DNA of 64,000 bases from Octopus sinensis (lineage: Eukaryota). Positions within the stretch are counted from its first letter, which is position 1, and each line of letters starts with the position of its first letter. The stretch is from the NCBI RefSeq assembly GCF_006345805.1, contig NC_042997.1, positions 108,810,001 to 108,874,000 of the forward strand. The letters are read 5' to 3'. Under the pieces are notes generated by a model. The model did not search any database. It saw only the letters and a program-made list of their open reading frames with translations, and had not been told where the DNA came from. Shown here piece by piece: positions 53,742-64,000 of this stretch. Made by a program: the position numbers and the translations under genes.

Positions 53742-53876
53742 TTCTTCTTCTTCTTCTTCTTCTTCTTCTTCTTCTTCTTCTTCTTCTTCTTCTTCTTCTT
53801 CTTCTTCTTCTTCTTCTTCTTCTTCTTCTTCTTCTTCTTCTTCTTCTTCTTCTTCTTCTTCTTCTTCTTCTTCTTC

Positions 53877-54727
53877 AGTAGTCTGATTTTTATCGCGTAA
53901 TTTTAATGCACTACCGAGCGCAGCTGTGTGTGCCTTGGGTAAGTGCTGTGGTTTGTTGTGATGCTCTTATTGTTTCTATATTGAAAATGTTTTACGTAAG
54001 ATGTGTGCGGTGCCTAGTAGTGCTATTTTCTGTATGTTATATATACTTGTAAGCCCTGGAGTTTTTTTATTATGTATTTATCTGAATGTTTTGTGTCATA
54101 CTTAATGAGCCTGTTATGATAGGAATTGTTTCTGTTTTTAGATTCCACATTCGAGTTACCTCTATTTCCAGGTCTTTGTATTTTGAAAGTTTCTCCGTTT
54201 CTTTTAGAGAAACATTGTCATCTGTTGGTATTGATACATCGATTAGAAAGCGTTTTTCCTTTGTGATCTCTGACGACTATATCCGGCCTATTGGTCTTGA
54301 CTTCTCTATCTGAGTGTATTGGAATATCCCAGAGTATGGTTGCTTTCTCATTTTCTGTGACCTTTTCTGGCGTGTGCCTATACCATCTTTTTCTGTTGTT
54401 ATTCTATAGTGTTGGCATAATTTCCAGTGTATACAGGTCCCGACTCTAACGTGTCATGGAATATATTCCTTCTAAGCTAGGACTGGGAAGCCACAGACAA
54501 TATGATTTATTGTTTCGTGTCCGTCTCCAAATATTCTGCAGTTACTTGTATTTCTTTTTATTGTGTGTTTTCGGTGATTTCTGGTTGGAAGGTTTTGAGT
54601 TTGTGTTGCAATTAAAATTCAACCAGTCTCTGCTTTGAGTTCTCAGCCATTGTTGGAATTTTGCTTTGTCTATTTCTTTTCTGTTTAGTTTAACCCAGTA
54701 TTTGCCATCTTGGGGCTTTTCTTGCCA

Positions 54728-54730
<3 letters not shown>
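53877..54730 (-). mobile_element. R4-clade 3' part E6 (finger plus endonuclease)
   Basis: GKYWVKLN..QQWL, ETINHIVCG, ILWDIPI..NRPDIVV, IDVSIP..KYKDLEIE..QKIALLGTAHILRKTFSI*. (GAA)n at the 3' end. Confidence 0.9.
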
Positions 54731-54772
<42 letters not shown>

Positions 54773-55300
54773 TTATTATTATTATATTATGGTTTCGAGT
54801 TGGCAGAATCGTTAGCAGAACGGACAAAATGCTTAGCGGCATTTCTTCTAGCTTTACATTCTGAGTTTAAATTTAAACATAATGATGAATGTAATGACCT
54901 TATACACGCATACCCCCTCGCCTATAGATCTGTAGGTAAAACTCACGCTGTGTTGCCATGTCCCCTTGTAATGATCTTTTGTTGTTTCACCTTTTCACAA
55001 TAAAGAGGGCTTGTTATGTGGAGGCTCCCAAGCTGGGAGGTGATATTGGACGTCTGACATCAGGAACGTTGCAAGGAAGTCAAGGATATCTACCAGCCAA
55101 GGACGGTAGTTAATGTAACCTCAAACCCTCCATCATAAAGAATATGATGGTTGGGAAAGGGTGGAGACGTTGTTAGGGAGATTCTGAGCCTGGATAAAGG
55201 CCATTTAAATAACCTATTTCAGAGTCAAAATGAAATGTTTGCTAAAACTGATAGTTTTATTTTTTCAGCTGTTATTTTACTTTTTAATGGATGGATGGAA

Positions 55301-55658
55301 GCACTCCGTCGGTTTCGACGACGAGGGTTCCGGTTGATCCGAATCAACGGAACAGCCTGCTCGTGAAATTAACGTGTAAGTGGCTGAGCATTCCACAGAC
55401 ACGTGTACCCTTAACGTAGTTCTCGGGGATATTCAGCGTGACACAGAGAGTGACAAGGCCGGCCCTTTGAAATACAGGTACAACAGAAACAGGAAAAAAG
55501 GCTGAGAGAAAGTTGTGGTGAAACAGGGATCACCACCATCCCCTGCCGGAGCCTCGTGGAGCTTTAGGTGTTTTCGCTCAATAAACATTCACAACGCCCG
55601 GTCTGGGAATCGAAACCGCGAGTCCGCTACCCTAACCACTGGGCCATTGCGCCTCCAC
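55301..55658 (-). mobile_element. SINE with family-G tail and a different head/middle
   Basis: Head gtggaggcgcaatggcccagtggttagg..ttcgattcc. Tail gcaggctgttccgttgat..ccgacggagtgc is shared with 2443-2760. Confidence 0.8.
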
Positions 55659-55679
55659 ACTTTTTAATATGAACAATAT

Positions 55680-55890
55680 TGCAAGGCGACGAGCTGACCG
55701 GATCATCAACAAGCCAGGCAAAATGCTTAGCGACATTACGTTCGTCTTTACGTTCTGAGTTCAAATTCTGCCGGAGTTGACTTTATCTTTCGGGTCGATA
55801 AAATAAATACCAGTTGAACACTGGGGGTCGATGTAATCGAGTAGCCCCTTTCCCCGAAGTTGCCGGTCTTATGCCAAAATTTGAAACCAT
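55680..55890 (+). mobile_element. SINE family B copy
   Basis: ggcgacgagctgacc..gagttcaaattctgccggagttgac..ggggtcgatgtaatcga..ccaaaatttgaaacc. Confidence 0.82.
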
Positions 55891-56531
55891 CATTAACAAT
55901 ATTGCGCACGCTTATTTTTACCTTTAAAGGAACGCTGAGAACTCTATTTTGTGTGTTGCCTGACAGCGCTCTGCTGGGCGGATAAAGCCATAAACTCAAC
56001 GAAAATAGAAAGGCAGAGGAAATATAGACGATGCAGTAGAGATGATGTGAAGTCTTTGTGTATGGTAAAGTTGGTTTTGTAATGTTGAGGAGGCAAAGAT
56101 GTGGAAGCCGAACGAATGGGATTCAAACGTATCGGAAAGAGATAAGGGAAAATAGAAGGCAATGCATTGATAGGTAAAGTTTGAAAATACGATGCTTGAG
56201 ATAGGAGAGAGAAGCAATTATTGGAACAAACAGAAACATGTTGCCTAATGAAAACCAATATTCGCTGCTGCTGTTGTTGGTTCTCTTCTTTATAGTTTTT
56301 TGATTGAGTTTCTTGCAGAATCCTCTTCACTCCGTTGTTTCTGCTTCTGTTCTGCATTTCTTTAGGTTTCCTGCATCGCTGTTCCGAGAGATAATGATTT
56401 TGATTAGACACACACACACACTTTATATGCATATATATGTATGTATGTATGTATTGGCAGATGAGTGAGTATACACTCAGGCATGCAAACAAGAACGCGC
56501 AAACACGCGTATATATAAATACATATACATG

Positions 56532-56532
56532 C

Positions 56533-56604
<72 letters not shown>

Positions 56605-56659
56605 GTATGTATGCCTGTCTATGTATGTATGTATGTATGTATGTATGTATGTATGTATG

Positions 56660-56709
<50 letters not shown>

Positions 56710-56741
56710 CATACATACATACATACATACATACATACATA
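56532..56741. repeat. (TCTA)n-(TATG)n-(TA)n-(CATA)n compound microsatellite
   Basis: Direct reading. Confidence 0.95.
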
Positions 56742-57851
56742 AATGTATACATACACGAGTATATATTTACCTAGCTATATGTACAAGCACTGCGTAATCA
56801 CACATACATACATACATACGATTGAATGCGCCTATGCATTATACGCATACAGTGTGTGTGTGTGTGTGTGTAATCACAATATGTTACATAATTCACCAGA
56901 GATGTCTATTCTCGTTCCACTACAATATTCTCATATTCCTTTACGCTGTGTATTTAATATAACCCGCTTGTTGTGGCCTTCCAACTGAGCAGAGTCGAAA
57001 GTGGAAACATCTCTTGATTATCATTCTTACGATTCAATGTATGTCACATCAACACTGGATGCCCAAACCATAATCCTGTACATTATAAATAATCTCACAG
57101 GAATTCCTTGTGAATTACACTCTATAGAATATGACAAGGTTTCACAGAAATATTCTGTCGGTTATAGAATAAATAAGTCACATCTGTAAATCCATTCACC
57201 AAGTGTTCAGCCATATTCTAACGGTAAAAAGATAAATAGGATTTTAGGAATTCAAATCGGAATCTGTGCAATATGATAAAATCACACGGTGATGTGTTAT
57301 CGTTATACAATTATTAACGTTAGATGAATATCGTTATGTATATGCTACATGTTAATAGAAAGTCTGAAAATAGATGACTGTTAAACGAAGAAACACCTCA
57401 TGAGAATAATCGCAGGTTCTGATGTATGATTGCAAATTTAATCAAACGCGAGAACCCAATATTTCCAGAAATTCATAACTGAATACATTGGTGAATAATG
57501 TTTCTGTAGAGCTTCAGGCAGACTTATGAGAATTTCTTCCCAAGAATTGTATTACAGGATTTATATAGCATTCAATACTGGCGCCCAAAGTTCACGTTAC
57601 AAATTCCGACTGCTAATTTAATTAAAGCAGTAATTGTAGAGTCTATAAATTCCAGCAATCGTGTTCAATTTCCACCGGCGGCAGCAGTTGTAGCTATTTT
57701 TTTCTATTCCCTTATAAAATTTGGTGCCTGTTATATGATTCTATGACATCTATCAGAATTTAACGCATTGTAAAATATAACTGTCTGAGATATCAGTAGA
57801 TATCACTGATCAACAGTCTACACACACACACACACACACACACAAGTATAT

Positions 57852-57921
<70 letters not shown>

Positions 57922-57950
57922 CATATATATATTATATTTATGTATATGCA

Positions 57951-57988
<38 letters not shown>

Positions 57989-57992
57989 TATA

Positions 57993-58160
57993 TAGGCGCA
58001 GGCGTGGCTGTGTGGTAAGGAGCTTTCTTTCCAACTACACGGTTCCGTGTTTAGTCCCTTTGCGTGGTAACTTGAGCAAGTGTCTTGTACTATAGTCTCG
58101 ATCCGATCAAAGCCTTGTTAGTTGATTTGGTAGACGGAGACTAAAAGAAGCCTGTCGTAA
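57993..58160 (+). mobile_element. SINE family A, 5' half
   Basis: aggcgcaggcgtggctgtgtggtaagg..tttggtagacggagactaaaagaagcctgtcgt. Confidence 0.85.
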
Positions 58161-58254
58161 ATATATATATATATATATATATGAAAACTCATATTCTATT
58201 TTAGAATTTAAGATTTATGGAGGGTCAAAGTTGTGCGTGTGCAAGCGCTTGTAT

Positions 58255-58470
58255 AAATATATATATGAAAACTCATAATGTCGCTGAATGCTCGAAATGA
58301 GGAGTAGATAGACAGCCGACAACTGATGAAGGGTCCTTTCTCTGTGTTTGCTTGCCCTGTTCTCCATTTTTTCTCGTTGTTTATGTATCTAACCCGTTTG
58401 TTTGCGTATTTCATGTTGTTTGAACTGTTGGTGATGTCCTGTACCCATATATGCAGGTATATATATGTAT
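58255..58470 (+). mobile_element. Short repeat P2 copy containing CTGATGA
   Basis: Reverse-complement homology to 30680-30900. Flanked by (TA)n. Confidence 0.5.
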
Positions 58471-58650
58471 ATATCGTCAGTGTATCATATATCCGAAAAG
58501 AAAAGCACACTCTAATGAACAGAGCCAGTAAGGTGTTTGTATGTGGTTAAGTATACAAATCTGGCCAGTCAGTAATCGTAGCTTCAAGGAGTCTTTCAGG
58601 ATCCTTGCTCGCTCAATTTTGCAACCACCAACACCACATGTGTAGTTACA

Positions 58651-58688
<38 letters not shown>

Positions 58689-60021
58689 TGCTTTAGAAAT
58701 TGGCTGTACCAAGCTGGTTCCTCCGTTTGTTTTTCAGTTTCGAAACAAGAATTCTAAAGAATGCTTTTATTGTATTTTCTTTTTTTATTTTAGCTTTACC
58801 TTTATTTCCAACACAAACCTACAAATAGACACAGATATACTTCCAGACCTTTAAAGTATTAACACGTGGCTGTGTTTGGCGAAGAATTTGTAAGATCTGT
58901 GGCTACAGAAACAGTCGGCTGTTTGAGCGAAACTTTTACCATTTCACATCTAAGCAAGTTTCAAGGCTGAACTTCAGCTGTTGTTTTCAACGGGATCAAC
59001 TTTCTCTTGTTTGGAATTTCAAACTTTTACATGGTAATACTGATATCACTACGACTTGGCTTTAATTGCTTGTCTGTCGACAAAACAATTTTGTTTTCTT
59101 TTTACATTCTGAACAAATGAAAGATATGTGGAATATAAAAATCTTTTGTGTAACAGATGTGAAGAGAATAAAAAAAACTTTTTAAACACACTGTAAACTT
59201 GATATCAGGGTAGTTTATTGGAGATAAACGGTAATAATAAAAGTAGTAAAACATTAGTAAAAATTTTAAAAGTAATAACGTTTTGAGGCAAGACCTGGTA
59301 GCAGCAGCAGCAGGGACAGCAGCAGTAGGCGCAGCAACAGCAGTGGCAGCCGCGACAGGAAGATGCAGCAGCGACAGAAGGCGCAGCAGCATCAACAGCA
59401 GTAGTTTGAATATTTCATGGGAAGGTAAATGCAAGTTAGAGAGTCACAGAAGAACTCTGAGAAGGATAAAAGAGGTTTTATTAGTGTAACGGGAGAGAGA
59501 GAGAAAATAAGGGAGCGAGAGAGGGAAAAGAGGAGAGAGCTACGGAAAGAGAAGAGGAATGGAGACGGGGAGAATGGAGGGATAGAGAGTGAAAGACACA
59601 CACACACACACACATATGCGCGCACACGCGCACACATACACATACGCGCGCGCGCACACACACACACACACTCGCTCTAAGAGGCGATTGTTAGAACAGG
59701 TAAGAAATTTCAATCTGATTCCATCGAAAACTGATCAACCGCTCCATTCCCACTTGATTGGTACCAAGTGTTGAGACTGACAGGTTCTCGGAAGAAAGAA
59801 ATATTTGAATAAAATGCAGATGGAAGTTATTAGAGATATATATATATATATATATATCATATCTTTTACACATATATATCACGTGTATGTACTCTTTGTG
59901 TTAATGTGTGCGAGTGTACCTACATATTTGTGTGTATTCGTGTGTGTGTGTGTATGAGTGAGTGAGTGAGTGAGTGAGTAAGTGAGTGAGTGAGTGAGTG
60001 AGTGAGTGAGTGAGTGAGTGA

Positions 60022-60072
<51 letters not shown>

Positions 60073-62343
60073 TGAATATTTTCTGAAAGAATTTATTTGT
60101 TTTTTCCATTTCTATTTTTACTGTTAGTGAAACGCATGCTTCAAAAAATTATTTAGATTCAAACGAATATTATCTAATTTCAGTTTGGAAAAAGCAAACA
60201 AAAAAAAAAAAAGAAAGAAAATACAAAACGAAAGACCCCCTCCCCACCCCGTACGTAATAAAATAATAATTCCGTTGGTGTTATAAAAACCAAAGACAAT
60301 TGGTTGTTCCTGGTTACATCGAAACCAAGGTAATATCTGAAAATATATTCACAAATAAAAATTATATATATATAGATACTCCACCCCACAACATATATAT
60401 AATATTATATGTTCTTTTGATCAGCGAATCTCTTCAACCATGGGAATTGTAAACCATTCCACGCTAGAAAATGTTATTAGACATTGAAATATATTTGCAA
60501 ACTTTAGAATTAGATTCCATTACACGATACATAAAGAAGTTGTTTTATTGTTTTATTTTTATGCACGGTATCCATATTAAACAAAGCCGAAGCGAACTCT
60601 GGCTAAAGATGATTAGATATGTCTATAAAATTCTACTGAATAAATGTAGAGTATTATTTGCCAGACATAAGTCTGCGAAAAATAGCTGCAGACACTTGTT
60701 GCCCCAAATGATAATATTAAAGAATTAACGCCATTTCGTATTGATTCGCTACAAACCTTATTTCAATTTCTTCTTGTTGTACATTGTTATTCTAGGCAGA
60801 GTGTGCCCAAATGGTTAAGAAGTTCGCTTCGTAGCTACGAGGTTCCACCTTACATCCCGCTGCATGAAATATTGAGAAAATGTAATTTTCTATAACCGCA
60901 GGTCGATCCAAGTTTCATGGAAAACTACACAGAATCTGGTCAGGTGTATTGTACCCAGTATTCAAAAGGACAGCCCTGTCACACCCACTGAATCCCGTTA
61001 ATTATGAGTGAGCAGTGTGTTAAGAGTACGCGTATTTGTGGAACACACAACCAATTACTCATTAATTCAGCAGCACAATAATCGGTTGAGTGATCACCCG
61101 AATCTTCGTCGTCAGGCGATGGTGATCCACGAAGTAGTTATCAACTGGTTAAACTGGATTATCTCGATCCAGTATTTGTGATGTATAAACTTTAAGTAAC
61201 GAGACAATTCCTTTAGCAAACAGTAACTGGCACCCCCAGGGTTAAGATAAACACGGTTCCAGTTGATCCGATCCATAGAACAGCCTGCTCGTGAAATTAA
61301 CTTGCAAGTGGCTGAGCATTCCACAGAGACGCATGCCTTTAAAGTGGTTCTCAAGGAGATGGTGAGAATGATGTTTAAGAAAAGAAAAAATATTGAAACG
61401 TTTCTGCATTGATGGTGTCTAGCAAGATTTCTTTACATTAGAAATTAGCTTTCTTTTAGGCGGTGAATTGGTAGAATCGTGAGAGCGTCGGATAATATCT
61501 TGGAACATTTCATTTTTGGCTCTTTACATTTTTGTGTTGGAATCTTGCTGAGGCCATCTTTGCCTTTCATCCTATTACTATCGATAAAATATGTCCCAGT
61601 CAAGTATTGTTATTATTCGTATTGACTAATGTGAAGGCGTGTGGCCTAGTGGCTAGGGGTGTTGCACTCACGATTGCCAGACCGTGGGTTCGTTTCGCGG
61701 ACCGGAGGGCGTGTTGATTTCCTGAGCAAAACACTTCATTTTCATATTGTTCTCGTGCTGCTGTGTGGGGACTGGCATGTCAAAGAATAGACCCAACGTT
61801 TCCTCTGTATGTCATAAACGGCGACTAAATGAGGTTGAGGTAGGATTTGCACTGTGACCTCGTAAAACCTTCACCAGCAACGACTACCCAAACAGACCCA
61901 TGGGTTGGAGGGTTGTCGCCTGAATGGTACAAACATACCATCCACCAAGAGTAAGGAATTACCAGCAAATGGTAGATGCAGAGATTCGCTTTTACAACAC
62001 ATGCCTCCATTTCAATACGAATCCGTTCCCTTCAAAATTGCAGGTCTTTTACTAAATGTAAAACAATTAAAAATCGACTTCTTAATGAGCATTAATTAAG
62101 ACTAAATACATTCAAGTATTTAGTTTGAATTTTCTTCATGTGGGTGAAATCCTACGGGTTCACTTGTAAATTTTCATTACTCCGGAAGTCTAGAAAATGT
62201 GAATAAATATATCAAAACTAGTTGTCTTAGCGGACCCCGTTGAGCAGGATATGTCCTACCCATAATGCTAAGAGCGCAACGAACTTCCTGTTCACTGGTT
62301 TGATATTTCCATTTCCTGAAACTTTCTGGAGTTCATATAAAAG

Positions 62344-62631
62344 TTTAGTGGTTAGGGTTACTCAGTTCACGGATGTGAGTTCGATTCCCGGTAGAGTCTT
62401 GTGTTCCTAAGCAAGACACTTTATTGCACATTACTCATGTCCACTCAGCTAGCATAAATGAGTTGTACCTGTAATTTCGAAGGGGCCAGCCTTGTCACAT
62501 TCTGTGTCATGCTGAATCTCTCTGAGAACTACTCTGGGGAGTGCTCAGCCACTTACACGTTAATCTTACGAGCAGGCTGTACCGTTGATCAGAACAACTG
62601 GAGCATTGATCGTTGTAACCGACGGAGAGCC
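62344..62631 (+). mobile_element. SINE family G copy
   Basis: tagtggttagg..gagttcgattcccgg..gcaagacactttatt..gtaaccgacggagagcc. Confidence 0.8.
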
Positions 62632-63689
62632 AAGCCAGAGTTCATAGATTCTTTTTCTTCGAGAATGGTAAATATCCAAGTCTGTAAGCTAAACTGGAAT
62701 ATGTTAAGGTGATTTATTAGAATATAATTCGTGGTTAATGAAAATCTATCTTCAAGCACAAAGATCGAACTAAATTGAGATCTTCAAGCACAAAGTTATC
62801 AACTATTGAATTAATCACTGATTATTTCTAGGAACAACGAGCTGATGAGGGCACCTGTTAGAAAGTAACAGGAAAATAGTTTAGCCAATAAATTTTAGTA
62901 AAAAAAAAAATGTTAGTCAAAAATATTTATCCAACCGTTAGAGATTCGAATTCTTAAGTAACATAAGGATTGCAGCTCTGCTACTTCCACCAACACCTCT
63001 CGCCTTTGTCCAACTTCAATAAGAGTTCTAATTTTATCGACAAAGTAGATCTTAGCGAAATTTGAACACCTTAAATTTCAGATGAGAGAAGACGGGATTT
63101 AAAAAAATCATTCTTTTTCAATGAAATTAGCATAGCGAAACGCTGAATAAAATCAGAAGTCGCAACAGAATTGTCAAGTTCTTTCGTCTTTCATGGTGCT
63201 GTGATCTCTTCACCCGTTTTCTCCCCTACCCCCACGGGGGTAAAGGTTTGTAACTTTGGTACAAGGCTATAAACCCTGAACGCGAAATTATTCTCGGTTG
63301 AAATGATGTCAAAACATTTAGCATCCCAATGAGATGAAATGTAAAACAAACTCAGACTGGATTTGAACTTGAGACTTATAGATGACACTTCACTAAATTT
63401 TATGAGGCATTTAGTCTGAGACTCACCATTTCTACCGTTCTGTCAATTATTTCCAAACGAATGCTATCCTTCCAATATTTTCCAATAAGCGGAGTTGTTG
63501 ATATTAATTGACCCTGACTGAGATATTCTGCCCGTTCAGATTCTTTCTCCACCGACAGGACACGGGCAAATGGCCACAATAGATTCTCCTCAATTCAGAT
63601 GTTACCTCCTCTTCTATCATATCACAATAAACATTATAATTGCTTTATCCGGTTTATAATGCATAATGCAATAAAGTGATAACAACAAA

Positions 63690-63710
63690 TCGAACTGCAT
63701 ATATATATAT

Positions 63711-63744
<34 letters not shown>

Positions 63745-63864
63745 CAAATATACACTATATATATGTGTGTGTGTGTGTGTGTGTAAATATACTACGTATA
63801 TAATGTATATAATATACACACACATATATGTAAGTATTTGTTTATTATTTACAGTTCAGTTTAT

Positions 63865-63948
<84 letters not shown>

Positions 63949-64000
63949 CTATATATATATATATATAATATATATATATATATACTATATATATATATAT
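63690..64000. repeat. (TA)-rich tract running to the window end
   Basis: Direct reading. Confidence 0.9.

Noticed and set aside
44141-54790. Repeat-spacer alternation resembling a CRISPR array
   Set aside because: The repeats are variable-length microsatellites and the spacers are retrotransposon fragments. There are no cas genes and the context is eukaryotic.
55590-55658. tRNA-like sequences here and at other SINE heads (2690-2760, 43198-43280, 61632-61700)
   Set aside because: No complete cloverleaf, and they continue into SINE bodies. Not tRNA genes.

Overview
AT-rich eukaryotic (animal) genomic DNA with no confidently identifiable host gene. The very high microsatellite load and the SINE/LINE repertoire suggest an octopod cephalopod; this is an inference and no search was run. 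The window is almost entirely mobile elements and simple repeats: more than 30 copies or fragments of several tRNA-derived SINE families, a 5'-truncated RTE LINE, CR1-type LINE 3' ends, short Helitron-like elements, short Penelope-associated repeats carrying hammerhead-like motifs, and about 11 fragments of R4/Dong-clade non-LTR retrotransposons (RT, CCHC finger, restriction-like endonuclease). The most notable structure is at 44.1-54.8 kb: seven co-oriented R4/Dong fragments from several lineages and a non-coding ~545-bp element present twice, stacked in (TAA)n/(GAA)n/(CAA)n tracts, some of which are SINE tails. A similar stack sits in (TA)n tracts at 9.1-11.1 kb. Other notable signals are a hammerhead-like core with the same non-canonical base in four copies, fold-back palindromes centred on microsatellites, and a 1.8-kb purine/pyrimidine-alternating block with higher-order periodicity. 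Nearly all long ORFs in the supplied track are microsatellite artefacts. There is a 100-N assembly gap at 29314-29413. Element boundaries were read by eye and are approximate.
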